A DNA stretch of 61,511 nt, counting the filler, from Pseudomonadota bacterium (lineage in GTDB: Bacteria; Desulfobacterota; Desulfobacteria; Desulfobacterales; JBDRRP01): NCBI GenBank assembly GCA_043825735.1. It is 4 parts of 4 records of this genome, joined end to end, with 100 filler letters (N's around TTAATTAATTAA, not from the genome) between each part and the next. Parts side by side here need not be neighbours in the genome. Positions count along the whole stretch, not along the records: positions 1 to 16,503 come from JBDRRP010000128.1; 3 more parts are not named here. The stretch is one strand, 5' to 3'. This document shows positions 1-11,189 of this stretch, in pieces. Position numbers and translations under genes: made by a program. Position 1 is the stretch's first letter. Every line of letters starts with the position of its first letter. The notes under the pieces are model-generated. The model worked only from the letters and a program-made list of their open reading frames with translations. It was not told the origin of the DNA and searched no databases.

Positions 1-27
1 CACCACACGGATTGCTACGGGAAACCT

Positions 28-1032
28 ATGCCCCGTAAGGCCCGCATAGACGCCGCAGGCGCGCTTCACCACATCATCGTGCGCGGCATCGAGCGCCGCA
101 AGGTGTTCATCGATGATGAAGATCGGGATGCGTTCATCGACCGGCTGGGAGCAATCCTTTCGCAGACCGGCACCCAGTGCTTCGCGTGGGCGCTGATCCC
201 CAACCATTTTCATTTGCTGCTGCGCACCGGCAATGTTCCCATTGCCACCGTGATGCGGCGTCTGCTGACAGGGCACGCCGTGACCTTCAACCGCAGGCAT
301 CGGCGCACCGGCCACCTGTTCCAGAACCGATACAAATCCATACTGTGCCAGGAAGACGCCTATTTGCTGGAACTGGTCCGTTACATTCACCTGAATCCGC
401 TGAGGGCCGGACTGGTTGATGACATGGCGGCGCTGGACACCTTTGTCTATTGTGGCCACAGCGTTGTGATGGGCATCTGCGACCAGGAATGGCAGAGCGC
501 CGGAGAGGTGCTGCGCCGGTTCGGAAAACAGATGAAATCGGCCCGCCAGCGCTACCGTGAATTCGTAAGAAAGGGGATCCAGCAGGGGAAACGCAAAGAT
601 CTGACCGGCGGCGGCCTGATCCGAAGTGCCGGCGGTTGGGCCTCGGTAAAGGCGCTCAGAGCCATGGACATCCACGAGAAGAGCGATGAGCGGATTTTGG
701 GCGACGGAGCGTTCGTCGAGAACATCCTGGCCGAGAATCGGGAAGCGCTGGAGAGGCGGTATGTGATGAAGGCCAAGGGGATAACCGTGGGCGAGGTGGC
801 CCTGCGGGTGGCTCAGGTCCTGGAAATGCCGGTCGATCGGGTCTGGGAACCGGGGAGGCAACAATCGCTGGTTAGTGCCCGGAGCCTGCTGTGCTTTTGG
901 GCGGTTCGCGAGTTAGGAGAGAGCATGGCCGCCATGGGCCGGCGGCTGGGGATCTCGACCGTTGCCGTCAGTAAGTCAGTCCGGCGAGGGGCTGAAATTG
1001 CGGAGCGGTTGAACGTTAAGTTAATAAGGTAA
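28..1032 (+). CDS. REP-associated (IS200/Y1 HUH) tyrosine transposase with C-terminal HTH (RAYT-like)
   Basis: MPRKARID...HHIIVRG N-terminus, HUH motif PNHFHLL, GHLFQNRYKS and RYIHLNP motifs; C-terminal HTH-like segment (ELGESMAAMGRRLG). Confidence 0.85.
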   Translation: MPRKARIDAAGALHHIIVRGIERRKVFIDDEDRDAFIDRLGAILSQTGTQCFAWALIPNHFHLLLRTGNVPIATVMRRLLTGHAVTFNRRHRRTGHLFQNRYKSILCQEDAYLLELVRYIHLNPLRAGLVDDMAALDTFVYCGHSVVMGICDQEWQSAGEVLRRFGKQMKSARQRYREFVRKGIQQGKRKDLTGGGLIRSAGGWASVKALRAMDIHEKSDERILGDGAFVENILAENREALERRYVMKAKGITVGEVALRVAQVLEMPVDRVWEPGRQQSLVSARSLLCFWAVRELGESMAAMGRRLGISTVAVSKSVRRGAEIAERLNVKLIR

Positions 1033-1042
1033 GGGCGTCCCC

Positions 1043-1612
1043 AAAGGCCCATTGAACATGGCCATCAGATTGTCGGCGACGATATTGAACAGATCGATAT
1101 CGATCCTGAGCTCAGTGGCCAGGGTGCGCATGGTCCACAGCGTTTTGGGGCAGATGTACTTGGCCTCGTCGCTTTCCTCTGTGATGTCCAGGGCGTAATG
1201 CCATTGGATGTTGTAGGAAAGCTGTTCGCAGGCCTGCTGATCGGTCAGATCGTGGTATTGCTGCAGGGCCAGGACACCTAAAACCGTGTGCCCCTCTTTG
1301 GCCGGTCTGCCGGTATGGCTCGTAAATACCAACGCCAGCTTATCGACGGGCAGCAAAGGAAGCACATGCTCCCGAAAAAAACCCGGCCAGTTCTCATCGA
1401 GCATTTTTCTTCGCTTTGGGCTCAATGAGTGCCAGGGGTCAAATAAATGTAGCTGTTTTCTGTGATCGATCCTGATCATGCTGTCCTCATAGCAACATAC
1501 TGATTTTGTTTATGATATATTGCCATGAAGCAAATCAGAAGTCAACGTTAAAAATCAATTTTACGAGAATTTTCTATAGGTTACATGGTGCGGACTTTTT
1601 ACGAACGGATCA
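1043..1612 (-). mobile_element. Truncated IS5/IS1182-like insertion sequence: left end plus N-terminal third of the transposase (ORF 1479..1021)
   Basis: ORF has DUF772-like features (TGRPAKE, LQQYHDLTDQQ, IQWHYALD) and breaks at the RAYT 3' end; candidate terminus TGATCCGTTCGTAAAAAGTC (minus strand) at 1612-1593. Confidence 0.65.
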
Positions 1613-1618
1613 TTGTTG

Positions 1619-4462
1619 TTATCCGGTTTTAGCCTTTCCATTTCTCTCATCCAACACTTTGCGAACCTTCAATGCGAGTGATTTCAGCGTGAAAGGTTTT
1701 TGCAAAAAGGCAACACCCTCTTTCAGTACACCGTGATGTACGATATGGGTGTCCGTATATCCGGACATATAAAGCACCTTTGTCGCCGGACAGAAAGCTA
1801 CCATCCTGCGAGCCAATTCGGGCCCGCTAATTTCAGGCATCACCACGTCAGCAATCAACATATTTATTGAATCGCCATGGGTTCTACATAATTCGAGCGC
1901 TTCCTCACCACCTGCGGCTTCAAGCACAGTGTAGCCATTGTTGACCAGGATGCTACGTGCAGTCTCCCGAACAGATTCATCATCTTCAACCAGCAGTATC
2001 GTTTCCGTGCCTTTTTGCAGCGCCTCCTCAGGTTCTAAGTCCGGAATGACTGTTTCGGTGTCCATTTCAGCGCGGGGATAATAAATCTTGAAGGTTGTCC
2101 CTTGCCCCGGCTCGCTGTAAACCCGGATGAACCCCCCGCTTTGTTTAACTATTCCATAAACCGTTGCCAACCCCAAGCCGGTACCCTGACCCTGGCCCTT
2201 GGTGGTGAAAAAGGGTTCAAAAATGTGAGACAAGGTTTTTTGGTCCATTCCGCAGCCTGAGTCGCTGATAGCGAGCATCACATAGTGGCCTGGCTCAACA
2301 CCGATGTGCTGTTGGATGAAAGTTTTGTCCAGGAAAACATTGGTTGTTTCGATGGTGAGTTTGCCGCCATGCGGCATGGCATCGCGCGAATTGATGGCAA
2401 GGTTCATGATGACCTGATCGATCAGGGTTGGGTCGGCCATGATGCGACCCAGCTTTGCCTCCGACTTGAATACCAGATCGATATCTTCGCCGATCAATCG
2501 TTGGAGGAGCTTCTCTGTATTCGCGACCGCCTGGTTGAGATCCACAATCGCGGGTTGCACCACATGTTTTCGACTGAAGGCGAGAAGCTGGGCAGTCAAC
2601 GAGGCGGCACGCTCTCCGGCCATCCGGATTTGAGTGAGATCCCTGCGCAGCGGTGAATCGTCTGGAAGGCGCATAAGCAAAAGATCACTATAACCCAGGA
2701 CGGCGGACATCAGGTTATTGAAGTCATGGGCAACTCCTCCCGCCAGAATGCCGATGGCCTCCATTTTTACTGCCTGGCGCAGTTGCTCTTCCAGTCCTTT
2801 GCGCTCGGAGACATCCCTGCCGACGATGCAAACGTTTGAGGGACTGCCATCGGTTTCAAGGAGAAGGGTTCCGGTAAACTCAAAAGGCATCTTTTTGCCC
2901 TCTTTACTGACTACAACGGCCTCCAAGCTGGAGCGGCCCTTCTCGATTACCGATTGGAATGCATTTTTGGCGCGTTGAAGATCCGTGCCATCAATGAAGT
3001 CGGTGAACGTCATGGAAGCTATCTCTTCATCGCTATGGCCGGAAAAGTAGGTCACGATCTTGTTCCAGCGTACCAAACGTCCGTTCAAGCCGATCACCAG
3101 AAAAGCATCGCTCATGGCATCCAAGGCATTGTCGACAAACGTTTTTTCTGCTTTCAAGGCCTCTTCCGCCAATTTGCGTTCGGTGATATTTTCACAGACG
3201 ACCAGAATTACGGGTTTTTCGTAGGCGTCATGAATTGTGCGCGCCGCTTCCCTGACCCACATGACGCTTCCGTCGCTGTGTATCTTGCGCACCTCCCAAT
3301 AGTGCACCTTTCCGGGCATTTTCAAACATTCTGCCAGCTGGCATTGCACGGCTTGCTTGTTATCCGGGTGAAAAACTTTTAAAACCGATTTGCCGACCAG
3401 GTCCTGCACGGTATATCCCAATTGTCCGGCGCCGAAGGAATTGACGGACAGCACTGTGCCATGGGCATCCAAGGTAAAATACATCGAGGGGTTGTCTTCG
3501 TATAGAACCTTAAAACGCTCTTCACTCTTGCTCAGTTCCTCCTCGGTCTGTTTGCGGGTGGTGATGTCAAAGAAATAACCGAGAACTGCTGTTTGGTTAT
3601 TGTACTGGATAGGCGTTACGATCGCCCTGAGCCATCGCGCCTCTCCAGCCTTGTTGAAAGCCTGGAACTCGAAAGGCTCCGATCTTTGTGCCTTGAGCAT
3701 CTGGATAGCATGCTGCCGGACAAGCACCTTGAACTCGGGTAGAACAAAAGAGGTGGATTCCTTGCCAATAATTTCTTCCTGACAGAATCCGGTAACCTTT
3801 TGAAAACCTGGATTGACCATCTTTATTATATTTTTTTGAACGATATAAATGCCTATGGGAGCATTTAGAAAGAGCCGGTTGAATATATCCTGCGCCTGCT
3901 CGCGTTCAGCGATTTCGTTTTTTAAGTGTTGGTTGGCCTTTGCAAGTTCAGCGGTTCGCGCCTCACATAGACGTTCCAAGTTGGCATTCAGGTCACGAAC
4001 TGTCTCTTCAGCCCTTTTACGTTCCGTTATTTCATTCCGCAGTCGTTCGTTCTGCGTTTTAAGCTCTGCATGAGCGGCGCACAGGGCCAAATGGGTTTTT
4101 ATACGGGATAGAACGACTTCGATTTCCAACGGCTTGGTCACATAGTCCACGCCTCCGGCTTCGAAACCTTCGACCTTGTTTTCCGTTGAACTCAGCCCCG
4201 TCATGAAAATCACCGGTATATCCCGCGTCTTCTCCCGGGTTTTGAGGCGCCGGCAGGTTTCGAACCCATCCATATCCGGCATGATCACATCCAGCAGGAT
4301 CAGATCGGGTGAGGTCATTTCCACCAGTCGAAGGGCTTTTTCACCGCTCGTTGCCACAATGACCTCGTAACCTTCATTTTCCAGGGCGGTGTGCACCATG
4401 TCGATGCTCGCGATGCTGTCGTCCACCATGAGGATTTTACCGTTACAGCCGTGGATTCCCAT
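1619..4462 (-). CDS. Hybrid sensor histidine kinase (REC-3xPAS-HisKA-HATPase-REC)
   Basis: N-terminal REC (ILLDVIMP), PAS/PAC ends (DITTRK, NITERK, DVSERK), H-box [11 protein letters not shown]-boxes DSGCGM and GTGLGL, C-terminal REC. Confidence 0.95.
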   Translation of the reverse strand: MGIHGCNGKILMVDDSIASIDMVHTALENEGYEVIVATSGEKALRLVEMTSPDLILLDVIMPDMDGFETCRRLKTREKTRDIPVIFMTGLSSTENKVEGFEAGGVDYVTKPLEIEVVLSRIKTHLALCAAHAELKTQNERLRNEITERKRAEETVRDLNANLERLCEARTAELAKANQHLKNEIAEREQAQDIFNRLFLNAPIGIYIVQKNIIKMVNPGFQKVTGFCQEEIIGKESTSFVLPEFKVLVRQHAIQMLKAQRSEPFEFQAFNKAGEARWLRAIVTPIQYNNQTAVLGYFFDITTRKQTEEELSKSEERFKVLYEDNPSMYFTLDAHGTVLSVNSFGAGQLGYTVQDLVGKSVLKVFHPDNKQAVQCQLAECLKMPGKVHYWEVRKIHSDGSVMWVREAARTIHDAYEKPVILVVCENITERKLAEEALKAEKTFVDNALDAMSDAFLVIGLNGRLVRWNKIVTYFSGHSDEEIASMTFTDFIDGTDLQRAKNAFQSVIEKGRSSLEAVVVSKEGKKMPFEFTGTLLLETDGSPSNVCIVGRDVSERKGLEEQLRQAVKMEAIGILAGGVAHDFNNLMSAVLGYSDLLLMRLPDDSPLRRDLTQIRMAGERAASLTAQLLAFSRKHVVQPAIVDLNQAVANTEKLLQRLIGEDIDLVFKSEAKLGRIMADPTLIDQVIMNLAINSRDAMPHGGKLTIETTNVFLDKTFIQQHIGVEPGHYVMLAISDSGCGMDQKTLSHIFEPFFTTKGQGQGTGLGLATVYGIVKQSGGFIRVYSEPGQGTTFKIYYPRAEMDTETVIPDLEPEEALQKGTETILLVEDDESVRETARSILVNNGYTVLEAAGGEEALELCRTHGDSINMLIADVVMPEISGPELARRMVAFCPATKVLYMSGYTDTHIVHHGVLKEGVAFLQKPFTLKSLALKVRKVLDERNGKAKTG

Positions 4463-4584
4463 TGCTTCACCTCCGGGATTTTATTTCGAAAGACGGCCGC
4501 GTATTGCATGGACTCGAAGAAAGTGAAACCGCCCGCCGACGATTCCTGTCGCCTCAGGGGCAATCATCGCCCGGTCCGCCGGTT

Positions 4585-7500
4585 TCACCTTTTCTTCTCC
4601 TCCGAAGCGATCCAGTTTGCGATGCCTTCATCATCGTACATTGCCGCATAATCCCTTATTTTTTCGCAAAAGTCGCCGTATTGCCCATGCTCGGCCTCCA
4701 GGCCGTCGAGAATCCTTGCGAGCACCGTGAATTCGCACCGCGACGCGCTCTTTTCGATTTCCTGCAGAATGTCCCTGGGCGGCAGACTGAAGGCTTTTTC
4801 CGCCGGCGGCGGCTGTGGCGGATCCGATTTCTCATGGCTTACCAGGCGCCTGGAGACAATTCCCAGGGTTTCACCCAGCACTCTTGCGAAGTGTTCCAGG
4901 CAATCCCCTATTTCGTCCCCTTTCCCACCGGCGGCTTCTTCCAGTTCGGCCGAAGCGTCGCTCAGTGCCGTAGCGCCGAGACTGGCGGCCGCACTTTTGA
5001 TGGAATGGGCCATGCGCCCGACGGTTTGGATATCCCCTGCAGCCAGGCATCGGCGCAGGGCCTCACCGGCGTTGCCGAATTCCCCTTCGAACCGTCTGAG
5101 CATTTTAGCATATAGCTCACGGCGACCTCCCAGGCGTCTCAATGCGCTTGGTTCGTCGAATCCTGCCGCAGTGAGGTCCGGAGCCGCCCCGCGCATGCAA
5201 ATCGCGGGCGTCTGCGCAGCGGCGCCGCCTGCCATCGGGGCCGCGATCCACTTGAGCAGCATCCGCTGCAACTGCTCTTCATTCAGGGGTTTGGAAAGAT
5301 AATCGTCCATGTCGCCGGCAAGGCATTTGTCTTTTTCTCCCTTCAGGGCGTGCGCGGTCACTGCGATGATCGGTGTCCGGGGCCGAGATCGCCGCCCCCG
5401 GCCGGATCGATCGGGGCCTTCGGCTTCTTCATCGCCCACCACCCACCGGCGGACTGCTTCCCAGTTCCGGATTTCCCGTGTGGCGGTGTAGCCATCCATC
5501 TCGGGCATCTGGATGTCCATGAGCACCGCATCATATCCATCCCCGGATTCGGTGATCCTTTCCACTGCCGCTCGACCGTTTTCGGCCACGTCGACCACCA
5601 GGCCGACATCTTCGAGAAAAGCGACCGCCACGTCCCGGTTGAGAGCGTTGTCCTCCACTACCAGTACGCGCCGGCCCCGCAACACGGATAGTTCATCCGA
5701 AAGGTGAACGCTTCGATGGGGCGCATTTTGCGCGATCAACGCCTCGTTTTTACCGAAAACCGTCATGATCGTATTGAACAGATGGGAAGGTTTGACCGGT
5801 TTGAAAAGGGTGGCTTCGACCGGGGTCGGGCGGCGCCGGCTTTCCATCATCTCCAGGCCGTGGGCCGTCACCATGATGATGACGGGAGGTTTCCCGGCAT
5901 CGGCAATGACCGGATCGATGCCGATCCGCTCAGCGGTCTCGAAACCGTCCATGCCCTCCATCTTCCAGTCCAGGAGCACCAACCGGTAAGGGTGGCTCGA
6001 AACGGCCCGGCGCAGTTCATCGAGGGCCAACTCGCCGCTTGCCGCGGCGGAAACCGCAAAGCCGAAGGATTCCAGGATATCGCGCAGTACCTGCCGCGAA
6101 CAGGCGCTGTCGTCCACCACCAGCGTCCTCAGACCGTGAAGCTCGCCGGGGGCACGGATGACGACGCTCTTTGGCTCCTCCCGCCGCCCCAAAAGCACGC
6201 TGAAAGAAAAAGTGCTGCCCCGACCGGGATCGCTGTGGGCCCAGATCTTTCCCTCCATCAATTCGACGAGCCGCCGGCAGATCGCAAGCCCCAGACCGGT
6301 GCCTTCATGCCTGCGGACTATGTAACCGCCGGCCTGGACGAACGGCTCGAAGAGATTGTCAACCATATCGGCGGCAATGCCCAGGCCACTGTCGCGCACC
6401 TGAAATCTCAGGCCGACGCGCTGCGGGAAGTGCCCGGCCTCGTCGTCCACCACGACGGTCAACACGATTTCTCCCTGTTCGGTGAATTTCACGGCGTTGT
6501 CGATCAGATTGATGAGAACCTGTGAAAGCCGCAGCCGGTCTCCCTCCAGCATCCGGGGTACCTCCGGATTGGCGTAAAAGAGGAGTTCCAGACCCTTTTG
6601 CTCCGCACGCTCGCTGAAGAGGTCGGCCAGCGGCTCCAGTAGTTCGTCGAGGGTAAACGGGGTGCACTCCAGTGCCAACCGGCCGGCTTCGACCTTGGAA
6701 AAATCGAGAATGTCATTGATGATCTCCAACAGATTGCCTGAAGCGATCTGGACCTTGTTGAGGTCTTCCCGCTGTTTGACGGTGAGTGCCGGCGACTTGA
6801 GCATCCCGCTGGTGATCCCGAGCACCGCATTGATCGGGGTGCGGATCTCGTGGCTCATGCGGGCCAGAAAATCACTCTTGGCCGCATTGGCCGACTCGGC
6901 CTGCTCCTTGGCGACGAGCAACTCGGCGGTGCGCTCCGCGACCATCACTTCGAGATGATCGCGGTGGGCCTTGATCTCCTCTGCGGCACGGTTTCGCTCC
7001 ATGAGCCGCCACATGCCTTCCATCAGGAGCGTCAGTTGCTGGGCATCCGTCTCGTCGTAGGGATATTCCTTATTGCCGACGCCTGCCACCAGAACGATGC
7101 GGTCATTGACGATCACGGGGACGTTCATGTGACGCGAGAGTCTGACGTGGCCTTCGGGATACCCCTTTTTCCAGGGATTGGGCGCATTGAAGTCGTTGGT
7201 GATGATCGCCTTGCGCTGCCGCACGGCTTCGCCCCACAGCCCGGTCTTGTCGACCGGAAAAATGAGGGGTTTTTCGCTGATGGCACATTCGGCCATAGCG
7301 GTACGGGACCAGAGTTGCATGGTCATGATCGTCTCATCCTCGTTCACAAAGGCCAGATACCCCACTTGGCTCCTGGTCAGCCGGATCGCTTCTTCGAATA
7401 CGAATTCCGTGACTTGCTGGACGGTCGCCTCGGTCATCTGGTTGAGTTTGAGCAAAACGGAAAGTCTCTCGGCATTGAGCCTGAGCGTCTCCTCCGCCCG

Positions 7501-9828
7501 TTTGCGTTCCGTGATGTCCTGAAAGGCGCCGACAATCCCTGCGACCTGGCCATCTTCATCTCGAAAAACACTCTTGCCCCAGATCACCGGCCGGACCACC
7601 CCGTTTTTGTCTACGACCTTGAACTCATAGACCTGTTTTTCAGGATGATCCATCAAATCGAGATCCTTTTGATGGTAAGTCTCTGCATATTCACTGGGCC
7701 AAAGCTCCATAACGGTTTTCCCCGTGTAATACTCCGGGGTAAAACCCATCAAATCGGCAAATGCGTCGTTCACCCCGATGTATCGACCTTGCTTGTCTTT
7801 ATAAAACAGTGGGATGGGTACAGCCGAAATGATCGATGTGACAAACTTCAAGGTTCTGTCAAGGCGTCGATGCGCCCGCTCACGCCCCTCTTCCGCCTTC
7901 ACCCGCTCGGTGATGTCCAGACAGAACTCGGCCATGCCGATGAGCCGTCCGCTGTCGTTTTTGATCGGATAGCCGCGAATAAACCACACACGGCCGCCAG
8001 GGCTGCGGATCTGCGCAGTCTGCGGCTCTCCGGTGTCTCTGGCCAAAAGGACCGGACAGCCGCTGCAGGGTTCGCTGCGTTGATGCCATAGCTCCCAGCA
8101 GCAGCGTCCGACGAGTTCATCCGGTTCCATGTCGATGGAAGTGGCAGCCACACGGTTGGCCCACAAAATCCGCATGTCCGTGTCATGATAGACGACCAGG
8201 TCCAAGGTGCTGTTCAAAAGGAGGGACTTTTCTTTTTCGGCGATCCTCAAGCCCTCCTCGATGCGTTTACGCTCCTCGATTTGCCCTGCCAACTGTTCGT
8301 TGGCCGCTCTGAGTTCGGCCGTGCGTTCCCCGACGCGCCGTTCCAGCCCGGCATGGGCGGTTCGAAGTGCTTCCTCCGCCTGTTTGCGCTCGGTGATATC
8401 GCGGCCGACCACGACCAGCCCCTTGCGCCGTCCGTCGGGATGAAAGGTCGGCACCTTGATGGTGTCGAAAATCCGCTGCGAGCCATCCGGTCGTGGGATC
8501 ACTTCATCGTTTCGGCTTATGGTCCGAGCCTGCCAGGCAGCCTTGTCGGTCTCTTCGCAGCCCTTGAGCGCATCGCGATAGAAGGAGGTGAATTCGGCCA
8601 GTTCACTGTCCGTCATACCCCGGTAGTCTATGTCCTCCAGCCCGAAGAATCGCAGGTTGAATTCATTGGTCTCCAGGTATCGGCCTTCGCCATCCTTGAA
8701 AATGACGAGATCCGGCATGGCATTGATCAGGGTGCGCAGTTGCTCCCGTCTTTCCTTCAACGCTTCCTCGGCCTGCTTGCGGGCGGTGATGAAGCGGGCT
8801 TGCTGCACATTCTGGTAGGCTTTCAGCGAAAGCTCATTGGCCAGCAGGAAAAGCACATCGGCGATCTTGCGGAACTGCCCCGCGGACATCACCGGTACTT
8901 CCTTCAAGGCCCTGCGAAATTCCACTTCATCGGTGCCGATCCTGGCGGCGTAGGCGATAATCTTCTCATCATCGATGGCCTCGTTCATGACCTGCCCGAC
9001 CAGCCAACTGGCGATGTGCCTGCCGCCCAGGGTGATGCTGGCGCCCGCGTCCCAGAGACCGCCGCTGAGGCAGGGCTGGATGACCGGACCATCAGGGTTT
9101 TGCCGGCCGATGATGGAATCCGAATAAAAGCAGTTGGCGCGTCCTTTTTCGGATTTGCGAATGATATCGTTGCACAGCCGGCAAAAATTGCTGGGTCGGG
9201 TAATCGGTGTTCCGTCCGGATGGGTAATCAGGGAGGCCACATTGGTGGCCTGGGCAAAGGCGTCCTGGATTTTCTGAAGGTCGTCGATATTGAAAAGATC
9301 GGAAAATTCGATGTCCTTGGCATCCAGCGGTTCGGTCAAGGCGATCAGCCGTCGGTGGAGCGCTGCTTCCACTTTCCTGCGTTCGTCGATTTCCCGCTGA
9401 AGCAAAATGTTCTGGGCCTTTTCCGCCTCGCGTGTTTTGCGCAAGGAGAGGTGCAGGGCAATTCGGGCCAGGACCTCTTCCACCTCGAAAGGTTTGCTCA
9501 CGCAGTCCACACCGCCCCTTTCGAAGCTTTGAACCTTGATCTCACTGGAGGATCGTTCCGTCGTGAAGATGACCGGCACCTCGCGGATCCGTTCAATGCG
9601 CTTCAACCGCCGGCAGATTTCAAATCCGTCCGAATCGGGCATGACCACCGCCAGCAGGATGATATCCGGCACGATAAAATCGGCCCGGCGGATGGCCTGT
9701 TCTCCCGTGGTCTCCACGAACACGTGATACCCCTGAGTTTCGAGCGCTGCCCTCAGACTGTCGAGGGTCGAAGATCGCTCGTCGACCAACAGGATCCGGG
9801 TTTTTCGGTGAGGGTGCTGGTTTTTCAT
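4585..9828 (-). CDS. Multi-sensor hybrid kinase (pseudo-REC-PocR-3xPAS-GAF-HisKA-HATPase-REC-REC-Hpt)
   Basis: PocR-like segment (LQKIQDAFAQATNVASLI...NFCRLC...GLWDAGASITLGGRHIASWLVGQV), GAF, H-box FLARMSHEIRTP, two RECs, Hpt motif AHSIKSAA. Confidence 0.92.
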   Translation of the reverse strand: MKNQHPHRKTRILLVDERSSTLDSLRAALETQGYHVFVETTGEQAIRRADFIVPDIILLAVVMPDSDGFEICRRLKRIERIREVPVIFTTERSSSEIKVQSFERGGVDCVSKPFEVEEVLARIALHLSLRKTREAEKAQNILLQREIDERRKVEAALHRRLIALTEPLDAKDIEFSDLFNIDDLQKIQDAFAQATNVASLITHPDGTPITRPSNFCRLCNDIIRKSEKGRANCFYSDSIIGRQNPDGPVIQPCLSGGLWDAGASITLGGRHIASWLVGQVMNEAIDDEKIIAYAARIGTDEVEFRRALKEVPVMSAGQFRKIADVLFLLANELSLKAYQNVQQARFITARKQAEEALKERREQLRTLINAMPDLVIFKDGEGRYLETNEFNLRFFGLEDIDYRGMTDSELAEFTSFYRDALKGCEETDKAAWQARTISRNDEVIPRPDGSQRIFDTIKVPTFHPDGRRKGLVVVGRDITERKQAEEALRTAHAGLERRVGERTAELRAANEQLAGQIEERKRIEEGLRIAEKEKSLLLNSTLDLVVYHDTDMRILWANRVAATSIDMEPDELVGRCCWELWHQRSEPCSGCPVLLARDTGEPQTAQIRSPGGRVWFIRGYPIKNDSGRLIGMAEFCLDITERVKAEEGRERAHRRLDRTLKFVTSIISAVPIPLFYKDKQGRYIGVNDAFADLMGFTPEYYTGKTVMELWPSEYAETYHQKDLDLMDHPEKQVYEFKVVDKNGVVRPVIWGKSVFRDEDGQVAGIVGAFQDITERKRAEETLRLNAERLSVLLKLNQMTEATVQQVTEFVFEEAIRLTRSQVGYLAFVNEDETIMTMQLWSRTAMAECAISEKPLIFPVDKTGLWGEAVRQRKAIITNDFNAPNPWKKGYPEGHVRLSRHMNVPVIVNDRIVLVAGVGNKEYPYDETDAQQLTLLMEGMWRLMERNRAAEEIKAHRDHLEVMVAERTAELLVAKEQAESANAAKSDFLARMSHEIRTPINAVLGITSGMLKSPALTVKQREDLNKVQIASGNLLEIINDILDFSKVEAGRLALECTPFTLDELLEPLADLFSERAEQKGLELLFYANPEVPRMLEGDRLRLSQVLINLIDNAVKFTEQGEIVLTVVVDDEAGHFPQRVGLRFQVRDSGLGIAADMVDNLFEPFVQAGGYIVRRHEGTGLGLAICRRLVELMEGKIWAHSDPGRGSTFSFSVLLGRREEPKSVVIRAPGELHGLRTLVVDDSACSRQVLRDILESFGFAVSAAASGELALDELRRAVSSHPYRLVLLDWKMEGMDGFETAERIGIDPVIADAGKPPVIIMVTAHGLEMMESRRRPTPVEATLFKPVKPSHLFNTIMTVFGKNEALIAQNAPHRSVHLSDELSVLRGRRVLVVEDNALNRDVAVAFLEDVGLVVDVAENGRAAVERITESGDGYDAVLMDIQMPEMDGYTATREIRNWEAVRRWVVGDEEAEGPDRSGRGRRSRPRTPIIAVTAHALKGEKDKCLAGDMDDYLSKPLNEEQLQRMLLKWIAAPMAGGAAAQTPAICMRGAAPDLTAAGFDEPSALRRLGGRRELYAKMLRRFEGEFGNAGEALRRCLAAGDIQTVGRMAHSIKSAAASLGATALSDASAELEEAAGGKGDEIGDCLEHFARVLGETLGIVSRRLVSHEKSDPPQPPPAEKAFSLPPRDILQEIEKSASRCEFTVLARILDGLEAEHGQYGDFCEKIRDYAAMYDDEGIANWIASEEKKR

Positions 9829-9862
9829 TATGCCTCCTGCCCTGCCGGGGCCCTGCGGCCAG

Positions 9863-10540
9863 CTACAAAGATCCCACCGATTGTACCCCTGTGCCGGAGA
9901 GCTTCATCGGTAGCGTAGGATTCCTGCTGACCACAAACTCGCCATAATCGTCTCCGATCTCGATGCCTCTGGTTTGGACGCAGTAAAATGTCCCCATTCC
10001 GGCAGGATAGGGCTTGCCATAGGCCAGATCCATAAAGGCGGCGCACATACCGCGCATCATATACGCACTGGGCTGGCCGGCCCGGCCGTACAGGACGACA
10101 TCGCTCTCGTAGTAATCGTAGGCTCTGACAATCATCTTCTGCTTGGGAACAATCTCCTTGATTTCCGTATTGCCCCATCCCCAGACGGAGAAGGTGACGA
10201 AGACGGCATGGAGCATGTCCTCGATGGTTCTGACCATGGTCGACACGATCATGGTCCATTCCCGGGAAAGGATGACTCCGTGAGCGGTATGATACCCGCA
10301 TTGTCGGGCTGCATTCACCAGCAGTTCTTCCATCGACGGCAGCAATTCTTCCGGGACGCTGTTGATGATACGACGGGCAAACCCATTCCAGAAATCGACG
10401 GGCAGCCGCTGGATGTGCACACCGAAAAAGGGGATCAACCCCAGCGCATTGCTCACGACTTTCAGTTTCAATGTCTCTTCAACGATCTTCTCTTTATCGA
10501 TGGCCATGACGGCACTCCCTGATACGCTTCTTGATGGCAT
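9863..10540 (-). CDS. V4R (4-vinyl reductase)-like small-ligand-binding protein
   Basis: GWG motif followed by a beta strand, YMMRGMCAAF helix and cysteine-containing C-terminal segment typical of the V4R/HNOB fold; alternative start 10507. Confidence 0.65.
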   Translation of the reverse strand: MPSRSVSGSAVMAIDKEKIVEETLKLKVVSNALGLIPFFGVHIQRLPVDFWNGFARRIINSVPEELLPSMEELLVNAARQCGYHTAHGVILSREWTMIVSTMVRTIEDMLHAVFVTFSVWGWGNTEIKEIVPKQKMIVRAYDYYESDVVLYGRAGQPSAYMMRGMCAAFMDLAYGKPYPAGMGTFYCVQTRGIEIGDDYGEFVVSRNPTLPMKLSGTGVQSVGSL

Positions 10541-10568
10541 CGCATCTCCGGCCTGAGCGATTCACGTC

Positions 10569-11099
10569 TCAGCCCAGCACAGCCTTGAAAACGGAAACAT
10601 CATGGCCGGCCACCAGGGATCTTTCCTCCCTCACCGTGAAGTTCCCCGGCAGCCGGCCGGTGAACAATGCCGCTGCGGCCGCCACGTAACCCTGAGTGAT
10701 GAAGTTGACCTGCTTGTCCCGCCGCCCCCACTTTTCCAGCCAGCCCTGGTCTACGTGGGAAAATTCCATTTCGGCACAGACGGCATACTTTTCGACACAC
10801 TTGAAGCGGATCTGCCCCATGCCCACGGTTTCCCAATACTGTTCGGTGACGGCAATCCGCTCTTCGAGGCTGCCGGTCCCATACCGGTGGAAGTAGTGGC
10901 CCAGCACTTCGTGGAAAGTCTCTTCGGCCGCCCTGCGCAGATGATAGATACCGTCGAAGTCGTCTGCATCGTCGGCCAACTGGGAGATGAGCGCCGCATA
11001 GTGGTGGGAATGAAGCACGGTGCAGCACTCGTTCAGATACTGACGGCAGCTGTCCGGATCGAACTTTTCAACGATTTCGAGTCGACGTTTTCTGTCCAT
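10569..11099 (-). CDS. V4R-like protein
   Basis: GMGQIRF, FITQGYVAAAAA and VREERSLVAG...SVF pattern matches the V4R layout; VLHSHHY His cluster. Confidence 0.6.
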   Translation of the reverse strand: MDRKRRLEIVEKFDPDSCRQYLNECCTVLHSHHYAALISQLADDADDFDGIYHLRRAAEETFHEVLGHYFHRYGTGSLEERIAVTEQYWETVGMGQIRFKCVEKYAVCAEMEFSHVDQGWLEKWGRRDKQVNFITQGYVAAAAALFTGRLPGNFTVREERSLVAGHDVSVFKAVLG

Positions 11100-11189
11100 A
11101 CCGATTGCCTCCTGTGCCCGATGGATAGGCCCTGGGGATCGAAAAACCGGACCGGTGTCGCAGGCCCCGGCCGCGGGATCCGGCCCCCA

